From Eledone cirrhosa (taxonomy: Eukaryota), in the NCBI GenBank assembly GCA_964016885.1, contig OZ024740.1, forward strand, positions 155,744,001-155,808,000: a DNA stretch of 64,000 nucleotides. Reading direction: 5' to 3'. The translations under genes and the position numbers were made by a program. Below the pieces are notes generated by a model. The model did not search any database. It was not told the origin of the DNA and saw nothing but the letters and a program-made list of their open reading frames with translations. Position 1 is the stretch's first letter, and each line of letters opens with the position of its first letter. Shown in pieces: positions 30,983 to 43,584 of the stretch.

Positions 30983-31695
30983 GCAAATTTCAATAATATT
31001 AAGACACCCTAATGGGGATTAAACGCCCTATAGTGAAAAGTTTGGGTTCATCGGGGGCACAAAACCGCCGCTGAAACTTTACCTTCGATTTATATGAAAT
31101 TTAAACCATAGGTAAATGACAAGATATGATGCCTATTCACATCATTTCAGCAAATTTCAATAAAATTACAATACCCTAATGGGGGTTAAACCCCCTATTA
31201 GGGTTCACCAGGGGGCACAAAATCCCCGCTGAAAATTTTTTCGGTTCGATTTATATGCAATTTCAACCATAGATAAATGAAGAGATATGATGCCTATTCA
31301 CAAAATTTCAATACTATAAGACACCTTAATGGTGGTTAAACCCTCTATTAGGGTTCCCCGGGGGTACAAACCCCCGCTGAAAACTTTTCCCTTTCGATTT
31401 ATATGAAACTTAAACCATAGGTAAATGACAAGATATGCCTATTCACAAAAGTTTTCAATTGATATTTTGAAAAAAATTATTTACAAGAAATAAAATAAGA
31501 ATAAGATTTAATAATGCAATTTTGATTTGATATATTACAAAAAATGATGTTTTCCAATTTTTTCGTGCATTATTATTTTACATTGAGTAATATTGAGTTT
31601 TTCTCCATAAATTATATCACTGATTTAAAATCAATCATCATTTTCTTACAAAAAAAATGTGTGAAACGCAGCAAAGGGCTGGTAATTCGGCTAGT
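30983..31695 (+). mobile_element. Helitron-like non-autonomous element with ~140-165 bp internal tandem repeats
   Basis: Three copies of aaatttcaat..acaccctaatgggg..aaaccccct...ccgctgaaa...tgcctattcac. 3' end gcagcaaagggctggtaattcggCTAG|t resembles the Helitron CTRR terminus. Confidence 0.5.
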
Positions 31696-31711
31696 ATATA
31701 TATATATGTGA

Positions 31712-31771
<60 letters not shown>

Positions 31772-31774
31772 TCA

Positions 31775-32760
31775 TTATGTAGGAGAGGTAGGTAGAAACT
31801 CCATCCTCTGCCCCATATGCAAACTATGGGTACACAAGAGATGTAGTGGGATCTCAGGAAGTTTAGTTAAGAATGTAGGTTTTACATGTAGCAGTTGCAC
31901 CAGGACAGTAAGCAGCAAACAATCACTGAAAACAAGTGACATCAAAGTCTGGGAGGACTTGGTAAAAACAATACCGAATTAGCAGCGGAGGGGGGAGGGG
32001 GGTGTTCTGAAAGAACGGGATGGAAGAAGTTGAGGGAGCTACTGCCACAGCTGGATACAAAAGGCTTTTCCCTCAGAATAAAAGGTAGACTGTATGATGT
32101 GTGCATATGAACAGCAATGTTGCATGGTAGTGAGAGCTGGGCGCTGTGTGTAGAAGACTTGCGTAGATTAGAAAGGAATGAAGCTTGTATGCTCCGATGG
32201 ATGTGTAATAGTAATATACGCGAACAGCAAAGCATAAACAAACTGAAAGAGAAACTAGGCATAAGAGGAATCAAATATTGTGTGTAGGAGAGGAAATTAT
32301 GTTGGTATGGACATGTGATTCGTATGAAGGATGACAGCTACATAAAGTCCCAGAAAGACTTGAGATGAAGTGATAAAAGCCGACCTTGCCCAATTGCACC
32401 TCTGAAAGGCAATGACACAGGACCAAGATCTCTGGCGTTATGAGGTAATACAGAAACCCCAACTTCCCACGAGCCCAGGCCAAGGCTGAAACATACATAC
32501 AGTATGCACCACTCCATCCCACCCGCCAATATATCTTTCATGAGAACAGGCCGAAACACTGTAAAGTGGTCGTGATGGTGACACGGTAAAAAACACCCAG
32601 TCCACACTGTAAAGTAGTCGTGGAGGAATCACAACAAAAAACACCCAGTACTCATTGTAAATGAGCTTGGCATTAGGAAGGGCATCCAGCTGTAGAAACC
32701 AAGCCAAAATCAGTTCTTTATGAGCAAGACATGGTCACCTGACCTAACATTGCCAACAAT
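31775..32760 (+). mobile_element. Degenerate 3' fragment of the PHD-RTE LINE with its 3' UTR
   Basis: VGRNSILCPICKLWVHKRCSGISG..FTCSSC, homologous to 59414-60560. Confidence 0.85.
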
Positions 32761-32766
32761 AGAAGG

Positions 32767-33068
32767 CACATGGCTCAGTGGTTAGAGCATTGGGCTTGCA
32801 ATTGAAAGGTTGTGAGTTTAATTCTCGGACCGGGTGATATGTTGTTTCCTTGAGCAAGACACTTTATTTCACATTGCTCCAGTTTACTCAGCTGTAGAAA
32901 TGAGATGATAGGACTGGGGTCCCTATCATTCCACTGCAAAGTGGTCGTGGAGGGGCCACGGCAAAAAAAAAACAAAAAAAAACACCCAGCACTGTAAATG
33001 AGGTTGGTGTTAGGAAGGGCATCCAGCTGTAGAAATCAAGACAGAACTGACATAAAATGATGATGATG
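32767..33068 (+). mobile_element. Composite tRNA/CORE/RTE SINE copy
   Basis: High similarity to 27462-27796. Confidence 0.85.
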
Positions 33069-33129
33069 AAATATAACAGAGTGTTATAGCTTGCTTGAAG
33101 CATTGATGAATAGGAAACACAAATTTAAA

Positions 33130-33462
33130 TTTTGAAAACCAAGTTGAGGGCCTTTGAACCCCAGGCTATTGCAATAGCTGCTCCTGATTCTAGATGTGAA
33201 AGACGGGACCTTTGGAACCACACAGTGACGTCCTGTTCGAGAATTGGTCCAGCTCTCGATGCGAAAGTTTGGTCTTAGTCCCCCCCAGAATTTTCCATAT
33301 GTATATCATTGCATATCTCTCCCGTCTTCATTCTGAGGAGTAGAGTTTCAGTTCTTTTAGACTCTCCCAGTAGTTTAACTCCATTGTGGCAACCTTCTTG
33401 GTGTAGCTTCAAGCTCCATGGTTAGTTTGATACTACGGGGGTGACCACAGCTGGGAGCATTC
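33130..33462 (-). mobile_element. CR1-group LINE ORF2 C-terminal fragment
   Basis: Minus strand reads ELNYWESLKELKLYSSE*RRERYAMIYIWKILGG...TNSRTGRHCVVPKVP...CNSLGFKGPQL. Confidence 0.75.
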
Positions 33463-33822
33463 ATCATTTCATTTTACGTCCACTTTTTCCCTGCTTGCAA
33501 GGGTGGGACGGGAACTGATTCTGGCTTGATTTCTACAGCTGGATGCCCTTCCTAACACCAACCTCATTTACAGTGAGTGGTGGGTGCTTTTTTCCCGTGA
33601 CACCTCCACATCCACTTTACAGTGTGGGTTGGGTGCTTTTTTGCCGTGACACCTCCACGACCACTTTGCAGTGGAATTATAGGGACCCCAGTCCTATCAT
33701 CTCATTTCTACAGCTGAGTAAACTGGAGCAATGTGAAATAAAGTGTCTTGCTCAAGGAAACAACACATCACCCGGTGTGAGAATTGAACTCACAACCTTT
33801 CGATTGCAAGGCCAATGCTCTC
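33463..33822 (-). mobile_element. Composite tRNA/CORE/RTE SINE copy
   Basis: Reverse complement of the 27462 family, with one extra internal module. Confidence 0.85.
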
Positions 33823-33836
33823 AATATGTATGTATG

Positions 33837-33895
<59 letters not shown>

Positions 33896-33944
33896 TCACA
33901 CATATATATAAACTAATATATACACACACACATATATATATATA

Positions 33945-34470
33945 TAGTAATAATAATACATATGAAGACTAAAATCCAAAGAGGGCTCGATAGGGATAAA
34001 TATATATCAATTATATAAGAACCGTAGAGCAAATATTTATTAAAATAACAGATTAAAGTTTAAGCAAAGAATCGGCTGCTTTCACCCTTAATGGGATCTT
34101 CTGAAACTAACGTTGCAACCGAAGGAAGACAGGAAGACGATACTTTGGTTCGTGGAGACGTAGTTTTAGGTATTTCTTCCTGCTTGGTACGGGTATGTTC
34201 TTTGTAGAAATATTCAGATGTTTCTGCATGATGAATATAAGTCAATAGAGTACTCAGTCAAGGGAGCCAAATAGTAATAATAATAAATTTGAAGACTAAC
34301 ATCCAAAGAGGGCTCGATAAGGATAAATATATTTCAAATATATAAGAACCGTAGAGCAAATATTTATTAAAATAACAGATTAAAGTTTAAGCAAAGAATC
34401 GGCTGATTTCACCCTTAATGGGATCTTCTGAAACTAAAAAAAATCAATCTGTGAACGCAGAAGTAAATAT
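33945..34470 (-). repeat. Tandem ~327 bp repeat, each unit with a hammerhead-like motif (Penelope pLTR / retrozyme-like)
   Basis: gaagactaa.atccaaagagggctcgata...ggatcttctgaaact occurs twice. Motifs at 34057-34108 and 34384-34435. Confidence 0.65.
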
Positions 34471-34589
34471 TTCTAAGCCGACCTTTCCCAATTGCACCTC
34501 TCAAGGGCAATGACACACGACCATGACCACTGGCGTCACACAGTAATACAGAAGAGCCGACTTTCCACATGAAGATATAGACAATATTT

Positions 34590-37500
34590 GTTTTCCTTTG
34601 TTTTTTTATGTCGTATCAACTAATCCGACCTCCAAAATGCTTGCAATTGACTATTTTTTTAAGCATATTAACAACAAATATGATTTCCACTGCAATTAAA
34701 ATGACTAGCTTTGTGAATGTTTTTTCCACCCACTTTCTGCCTTCATTTTTCTACAAAGTTTTTCGACAGGTTTCCATGTCATAATTATTGATATGTGAAA
34801 AAAAAAGTAAATTGGGGGCACCTTTAATGTCAGATTGGGTGGTAAGCAGACAGAAAAAAAACAAAAAAAATGCGAAGAAAATGTTTCGCACCAAGATCAA
34901 TAGCTTGGTGCGATGTAGTATGGTGTAACTTGATATGGTGTGGTTTGGTTGGTTTGGTGAAGTTATGAAATGGAAACCAATTGTAAACGATAGATTCCCA
35001 TGTCATATTCATTGATAATGTGTGCGAAAATAGTCATTTGCAAGCACCTTCGATGTTAGTTTGAGGTGGTAACCACAAAAAAATAAAAAAAGCAGGTGGC
35101 AAATTTGTCACATTGATCTCCATTCCATGGTGTGATGTAAATGGTAGGAGTAGGTGTTCTGTAATAAATTTACCATATAGTGAAGTATGGTTATGGTGAA
35201 GTATATGGTGTGGATTGGGGTAGATTAATGTGCTGTGGTGTGCTTTGTTATAAGTGAGGATTTAAATTTCCACTTTGATTTATGTTAGAAAAAATTTTGC
35301 TCGCAGTGGACTATGCTTTTAGCATATTAACAAAAAATATGACTTCCGCTGCAATAAAAAATGACTAGCTTTGTAAATGGTATTTCCACCCACATCCTCC
35401 CTCTTTTTTCTACAAAGCTAGTCATTTTCATCAGGTTTCCATGTCATAACCATTGATAATATGTGCATAAAATAGTAATTTGCGAGCATCATTTATGTCA
35501 AATTGGATGGTAAGCACAAAAAAAAAAAAAAATTGCCAGATGAAAATTTGTCACACCAAAATCAATAGCTTGGTGTGATGTAGTATGGTGTGGTTTGGTG
35601 CAGTTTCTACAAACATAGTCATTTTCGACAGGTTTCCATGTCATAATTATTGATAAGTGCAAAAAAAAATAGTCAATTAGGAGCTCCTTTAATGTCAGAT
35701 TGGGTTGTAAGCACACACAAAAAAAAAAAAATGGAAACGGAAGAAAATGTTTCACACCAAGATCAATAGCTTGGTGCGATGTAGTATGGTGTAACTTGGT
35801 ATGGTGTGGTTTGGTTTGGTTTGGTGAAGTTATGAAATAGAAACCAACTGTAAACGATAGATTCCCATGTTATATTCATTGATAATGTGTGGGAAATTAG
35901 TCATTTGCAAGCACCTTTGATGTTAGTTTGAGGTGGTAACCACAAAAAAAAAAAAAAAAAAGCAGGTAGCAAATTTGTCACATTGATCTCCATACCATGG
36001 TGTGATGTAAATGTTAGGAGTAGGTGTTCTGTAATAAATTTACCATATAGTGAAGTATGGTTATGGTGAATTTATGGTGTGGATTGGGGTAGATTAATGT
36101 GCTGTGGTGTGCTTTGTTATAAGTGAGGATTTAAATTTCCACTTCGATTTATGTTAGAAACAAATTTTTCCTTCATTTTTGCATGTGCTATCAACTTCCA
36201 AGATGCTCGCAATGGACTATGCTTTTAGCATATTAACAAAAAATATGACTTCCGCTGCAATAAAAAATGACTAGCTTTGTAAATGGTATTTCCACCCACA
36301 TCCTCCTTCTTTTTTCTACAAAGCTAGTCATTTTCATCAGGTTTCCATGTCATAGCCATTGATAATATGTGCATAAAATAGTAATTTGCGAGCATCATTT
36401 ATGTCAAATTGGGTGGTAAGCACAAAAAATAAAAAATTGCCAGATGAAAATTTGTCACACCAAAATCAATAGCTTGGTGTGATGTAGTATGGTGTGGTTT
36501 GGTGCAGTTTCTACAAAGATAGTCATTTTCAACAGGTTTCCATGTCATAATTATTGATAAGTGGAAAAAAAAAGTCATTTGGGAGCACCTTTAATGTCAG
36601 ATTGGGTGGTAAGCACACACACAAAAAAAAGGAAACGGGAAGAAAATGTTTCACACCAAGATCAATAGCTTGGTGCGATGTAGTATGGTGTAACTTGGTA
36701 TGGTGTGGTTTGGTTTGATTTGGTGAAGTTATGAAATGGAAACCAATTGTAAACGATAGATTCCCATGTCATATTCATTGATAATGTGTGGGAAATTAGT
36801 CATTTGCAAGCACCTTTGATGTTAGTTTGAGGTGGTAACCACAAAAAAAAAAAGCAGGTAGCAAATTTGTCACATTGATCTTCATACCATGGTGTGATAT
36901 AAATGGTAGGAGTAGGTGTTCTGTAATAAATTTACCATATAGTGAAGTATGGTTATGGTGAATTTATGGTGTGGATTGGGGTAGATTAATGTGCTGTGGT
37001 GTGCTTTGTTATAAGTGAGGATTTAAATTTCCACTTTGATTTATGTTAGAAAACATTTTTTCCTATCAACTTCCAAGTTGCTCGCATTGGACTATGCTTT
37101 TAGCATATTAACCAAAAATATGACTTCCGCTGCAATAAAATATGACTAGGTTTGTAAATGGTATTTCCACCCACATCCTCCCTCTTTTTTCTACAAAGCT
37201 AGTCATTTTCATCAGGTTTCTATGTCATAACCATTGATAATATGTGCATAAAATAGTAATTTGCGAGCACCATTTATGTCAAATTGGGTGGTAAGCACAA
37301 AAAAAAAAAAGGAAACGGGAAGAAAATGTTTCACACCAAGATCAATAGCTTGGTGCGATGTAGTATGGTGTAACTTGGTATGGTGTGGTTTGGTTTGATT
37401 AAAGGTGCTCTCATTTTTACATGTGCTATCAACTTCCAAGATGCTCGCAGTGGACTATGCTTTTAGCATATTAACAAAAAATATGACTTCCGCTGCAATA

Positions 37501-39900
37501 AAAAATGACTAGCTTTGTAAATGGTATTTCCACCCACATCCTCCCTCTTTTTTCTACAAAGCTAGTCATTTTCATCAGGTTTCCATGTCATAACCATTGA
37601 TAATATGTGCATAAAATAGTAATTTGCGAGCATCATTTATGTCAAATTGGATGGTAAGCACAAAAAAAAAAAAAAATTGCCAGATGAAAATTTGTCACAC
37701 CAAAATCAATAGCTTGGTGTGATGTAGTATGGTGTGGTTTGGTGCAGTTTCTACAAACATAGTCATTTTCGACAGGTTTCCATGTCATAATTATTGATAA
37801 GTGCAAAAAAAAATAGTCAATTAGGAGCTCCTTTAATGTCAGATTGGGTTGTAAGCACACACAAAAAAAAAAAAATGGAAACGGAAGAAAATGTTTCACA
37901 CCAAGATCAATAGCTTGGTGCGATGTAGTATGGTGTGGTTTGGTTTGGTTTGGTGAAGTTATGAAATGGAAACCAATCGTAAACGATAGATTCCCATGTC
38001 ATATTCATTGATAATGTGTGGGAAATTAGTCATTTGCAAGCACCTTTGATGTTAGTTTGAGGTGGTAACCACAAAAAAAAAAAGCAGGTAGCAAATTTGT
38101 CACATTGATCTTCATACCATGGTGTGATATAAATGGTAGGAGTAGGTGTTCTGTAATAAATTTACCATATAGTGAAGTATGGTTATGGTGAATTTATGGT
38201 GTGGATTGGGGTAGATTAATGTGCTGTGGTGTGCTTTGTTATAAGTGAGGATTTAAATTTGCACTTTGATTTATGTTAGAAAAAATTTCTCCTTCATTTT
38301 TGCATGTGCTATCAACTTCCAAGATGCTCGCATTGGACTATGCTTTTAGCATATTAACAAAAAATATGACTTCCGCTGCAATGAAAAATGACTAGCTTTG
38401 TAAATGGTATTTCCACCCACATCCTCCTTCTTTTTTCTACAAAGCTAGTCATTTTCATCAGGTTTCCATGTCATAACCATTGATAATATGTGCATAAAAT
38501 AGTAATTTGCGAGCACCTTTTATGTCAAATTGGGTGGTAAGCACAAAAAAAAAATAAAAAAATTGCCAAATGAAAATTTGTCACACCAAAATCTATAGTT
38601 TCGTGTGATGTAGTATGGTGTGGTTTGGTGCAGTTTCTACAAAGATAGTAATTTTCGACAGGTTTCCATGTCATAATTATTGATAAGTGGAAAAAAAATA
38701 GTCAATTGGGTGCACCTTTAATGTCAGATTGGGTGGTAAGCACACACACAAAAAAAAAGGAAACGGGAAGAAAATGTTTCAAACCAAGATCAATAGCTTG
38801 GTGCGATGTAGTATGGTTTGGTTTGGTTTGGTGAAGTTATGAAATGGAAACCAATCGTAAACGATAGATTCCCATGTCATATTCATTGATAATGTGTGGG
38901 AAAATAGTCATTTTCAAGCACCTTTGATGTTAGTTTGAGGTGGTAACCACAAAAAAAAGCAGGTACCAAATTTTTCACATTGATATCCATACCATGGTGT
39001 GATGTAAATGTTAGGAGTAGGTGTTCTGTAATAAATTTACCATATAGTGAAGTATGGTTATGGTGAATTTATGGTGTGGATTGGGGTAGATTAATGTGCT
39101 GTGGTGTGCTTTGTTATAAGTGAGGATTTAAATTTCCACTTTGATTTATGTTAGAAAAAAAATTTTCCCTTCATTTTTGAATGTGCTATCAACTTCCAAG
39201 ATGCTCGCATTGGACTATGCTTTTAGCATATTAACAAAAAATATGACTTCCGCTGCAATAATAAATGACTAGCTTTGTAAATGGTATTTCCACCCACATC
39301 CTCCCTCTTTTTTCTACAAAGCTAGTCATTTTCGGCAGTTTTCCATGTCATAATTATTGATAATATGTGCGAAAAATAGTTAATTGCAGCACCTTTGATG
39401 TCAGATTGGGTGGTAAGAACACACACACACAAAAAAAAAAAAGAAATAGCAAAAAAATGTTCACACTGAGATCAAAAGCATGGTGTGATGTAGAATGGTG
39501 TAGTTTGTTGTGGTGTGGTTTGGATTGTTGTAGTTATGACATGGAAACCTATTGCAAATGATAGGTTTCCATGTTATATACATTGATAATGCGTAAAAAA
39601 ATAGTCATTTGTGAGCACCTTTGATATCAGATTGGGTGGTAAGCACACACACACACAGAAAAAAAAACAGGAAGAAAAATGTTCTCACTGAGATTAATAG
39701 CATGGTGTGATGTAGTATGGTGTAGTTTGGTATGGTGTAGTTTGGTTTGGTGTAGTTTGGTATGGTTTAATTTGGTGTAGTTATAACATGGAAACCTATA
39801 ATAAATTTACCAAGGTATGGTATAATCTGGTTTGGTGTAGTGTAGGTTAGTGTGGTGTGGTGTGTTATTGTGTTGCATCGTATAGCGTGATTCTCTTTAA
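34590..39900. repeat. Macrosatellite, ~880-900 bp higher-order unit built from shorter subrepeats
   Basis: gcatattaac.aaaa.tatga.ttcc.ctgcaat recurs at about 34662, 35322, 36228, 37102, 37466, 38348 and 39226. ORFs 35498 and 37642 have identical translations. Confidence 0.92.
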
Positions 39901-39984
39901 ATTAAAATCATTAAAATGTAATGCCTGTCTTCTATATCTTAAAGAGTGACCTTAAATGTGATTGCAAATGACTTTTTTCTCTGG

Positions 39985-42900
39985 ATTAATGTTAGATTTA
40001 GGGTTAGTGTTAGGGTAAGTTTTACTGTTAATGGTAAGTTTATTGTTAGTGACTGTGTTACTGTTAGCATTACTGTCACTGTTAGTGTTACTGTAACTGT
40101 TACTCTTACAGTTACTGTTTGCGTTACTGTCTGCATCAGATTTAGCATTTGCATAAGCGTCTATGTAAGCTTTTGTGTTAGTGTCTATGTAGACTGGTGT
40201 TAGCATCTGCGTTAGTGTTTGGATTAGCCTTAGTGTTTGCGTAAGTGTCAACATCTATGTTAGCATTTGCGTCAGCGTCTGCATTGGTGATAGTGATTGT
40301 GTCAGCATTTCCCTTAGCGTCTGAGTCAACATTAGTGTTAGCATTAGTGTTTGTTTCAGTGCCTACGTCTACGTCAGCTTCTGAGTCAGCATTTCATCCT
40401 TACGGGGTCGATAAAATAAAGTACCAGTAATGTACTGGGTAATTGCTGGCCTTGTGCCAATAGTAGAAACAATTATAATTAGCGTCCGCGTCAGCACTTG
40501 TGTCAGTGTCAGCGTTTGCATCAGCGTGCACGTCAGAATTTACATTAGTGTTTGAGTCATTGTTAGCATCAGCGTTTGCATTTGTGTAGGGGTTAGCATT
40601 TGCGTCAGCATCAGCATTCACATTAGCATTAGCGTTTGCGACAGTGTTTCCTTTAACGTCTTTGTCAGCATTTCCGTTAGCGTCTGTGTCAGTGTTTCCG
40701 TTAGCTTCTACGTCAGTGTTTACGTTAGCGTCTGTGTCAGTGTTTCCATTAGCTTCTACGTCAGCATTTCCGCTAGCTTCGACGTCAGCGTTTCCGACAG
40801 CGTCTGTGTCAGCGTCAGTATTTACATCTACATCAGCGTCAGCGTTTCAGTTAACGTCAGTGTTTACGTTAGCGTCTGTGTCAGCGTTTACGTTAGCATC
40901 TGTGTCAGCGTTTACGTTAGCTTCTACGTCAGCGTTTCCGTAACGTCTACGTCAGCGTTTCCGTTAGCATTGGCGTTTCCATTAACCTTTCCTGTGGCGT
41001 CCGCATCATTGCAGCGTCAGCATATCCCATGTAAGCGTTAACTTCAACATTTGCGTCAGCGTTAGCGTTAGCCGTAGCCCTAGCGTCCGCATCAGCATTT
41101 GCGTTAGCGTCAGCATACACGTCAGCGCCGGCAAAACTGCCTCAACATTTGCGTCAGCGTTAGCTTGGCTTTGGCTTCAGCAATCCGCATCAGCAATTAC
41201 GTTTTGGAGATCAGCTTCGGCGGTAAGAGTAAACGCTAACTTCTACGCCTGCTTCTACGTTAACAACTAAGTCAGCGTTTTGTTAGCTTCTACGTCAGCG
41301 TTTACGTTAGCTTCTACATCAGCATCTACGTTAGCTTCTACATCAGCATCTACGTTAGCTTCTACATCAGCGTCTACGTTAGCATCTATGTCAGTGTTTC
41401 CGTTAGCTTCTACGTCAGCATCTACATTAGCCTCTACATCAACGCTTACATTAGTGTGTGTGTCAGCGTTTGTGTTAGCTTCTACGTCAGCGTCTGTATT
41501 TACATCTACATCAGCGTTTACATTTGCGTCTGTGTCAGCGTTTACGTTAGCTTCTACGTCATCGTTTATATTAGCGTCTGTGTCATCGTTTACGTTAGCG
41601 TCTGTGTCAACGTGTGTTAGCATCTGTGTCAGCGTTTATGTTAGCGTCTGCGTCAGTGTTTATATTAAGATCTGCGTCAGTGTTTACGTTAGCATCTGTG
41701 TTAACGTGTGTTAGCGTCTGTGTCAGCATTTTCATTAGTGTTTCCTTTAGCTTCTACGTCAATGTTTACGTCTGCGTTAAGGTTCACATTAGCATCGCTG
41801 TCATCGTTTGCGTCAGCATTTGCGTTTTCTTTAACATCTGCATCAACATCTGCGTCTGTGTTTGCATTAGTGTCTGCATTTGCTTTAGTGTTTGCATCAG
41901 CGTGAGCATTTGTGTCAGTGTCCACGTCAGCGTTAGAGTCTGTGTAGCATTTACATCAGCGTGTGCGTCAGAGTCTTTGTCAGCAATCGCCTTTTCACCT
42001 GCGTCAGTATTCACGTTAGTGTTTGTGTCAGCGTAAGCGATTGTGTCAACTTTTGCGCTAGTGTTTGAGCCAGCATAGCCATCTTCGTCAGTGTCAGCGT
42101 TGGCGTTAGTGTTAGTGTTTCCATTAGTGTTCGTGTTTGATTTTGTATTAGTGTTAGCATTTTTGTTAGTGTTAGTGTTTGTGTTAGTGTTCAGGTTAAT
42201 GTTGACTTAGTTTTCTGGTTAGTGTTAGTTTTCAGATTAGGGCTCGTGTTACTTTTAGTGTTAGTGCTCAGGTTAGTGGTTTATGGTAGTGTTAGTGTTC
42301 AGGTTAATGTTCGTGTTAATGTCAGTTTTAGTGTTAGTGTTCAGGTTAGTGTTTACGGTAGTGTTAGTTTTAGTGTTAGTGTTATTTTTTCCATTAGTGT
42401 TAGTGTTTTATTTTGTGTTAATGTTTGTGTTAGTGTTTCCATTAGTGTTAGTGCTAGTCTTTATTTTTCTGTTAATGTTAGTGTTTGTTTTAGTGTTGAG
42501 GTTAATGTTAGCTTAGTTTTCTGGTTAGTATCAGTTTTCGTGTTAGTTTTAGTGTTAGTGTTCAGGTTAGTGTTTTTTTTAGTGTTAGTTTTTATGGTAG
42601 TGTTAGTGTTAGTGTTCAGATCAGTGTTAGTGTTTGTGTTACTGTTTATGGTAGTGTTAGTTTTAGTGCTAGTGTTTAGGTTAATGTTAGTTTTAGTGTA
42701 AGTGTTCGGGTTAGTGTTAGTGTTAATGTTAGTTTTAGTGTTAAGGTTAGTGTTAGAGATTGTGTTAGTGTTTGTTTTTGTGTTAATATTTGTGTTAATA
42801 TTTGTGTTAGTATCTCTGTTAGCATTAGTGATTGATGTTTCCATTAGTATTAGTGATTGTGTTAGCGTTAGTCTTTGGTTTTGTGTTAATGTTAGCATTA

Positions 42901-43584
42901 GTATTTCTGTTAGCGTTAGCATGAGTGTTTGTGTTAGTGTTCAGGTTAATGTTAGCTTAGTTTTCAGGTTAGTGTTAGCGTTCAAGTTAATGTTAGTTTT
43001 AGTGTTAGAGATTGTGTTAGTGTTTGTTTTTGTGTTAATATTTGTGTTAGTATCTCTGTTAGTGTTAGTTTTAGTGTAAGTGTTCAGGTTAGTGTTAGTG
43101 TTCAAGTTAATGTTAGTGTTAATTTTAGTGTTAAGGTTAGTGTTAGAGATTGTGTTAGTGTTAGTATTTGTTTTTGTGTTAATATTTGTGTTAGTATCTC
43201 TGTTAGCATTAGTGTTTGATGTTTCCATTAGTGTTAGTGATTGTGTTAGCGTTAGTCTTTGTTTTTGTGTTAAGGTTAGCGTTAAGGTTAGCGTTAATGT
43301 TAGCGTTAGTATTTCTGTTAGTATTAGCATTAGTGTTTATGTTAGTGTTCAGGTTAATGTTAGCTTAGTTTTCAGGTTAGAGTTAGTGTTCAAGTTAATG
43401 TTAGTTTTAGTGTTAGTGTTGAGGTTAGTGTTAGAGATTGTGTTAGTGTTTGTTTTTGTGTTAATATTTGTGTTAGTATCTCTGTTAGCGTTAGTGTTTG
43501 TTTTAGTGTTGAAGTTAATGTTAGCTTAGTTTTCTGGTTAGTATCAGTTTTCAGATTAGTGTTTGTGTTAGTGTTACTTTTAGT
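39985..43584. repeat. Degenerate hexamer satellite (GTTAGT/GTTAGC/GTCAGC) with 18-24 bp higher-order units
   Basis: Strand-asymmetric hexamer array. Continues at 45907-46260 after the LTR element. Confidence 0.9.

Noticed and set aside
40644-43529. ASTSAFTL / VLVLV / DADVEANV repeat ORFs as antifreeze or structural proteins
   Set aside because: Frames break frequently, no splice or start context, and the hexamer satellite explains them.
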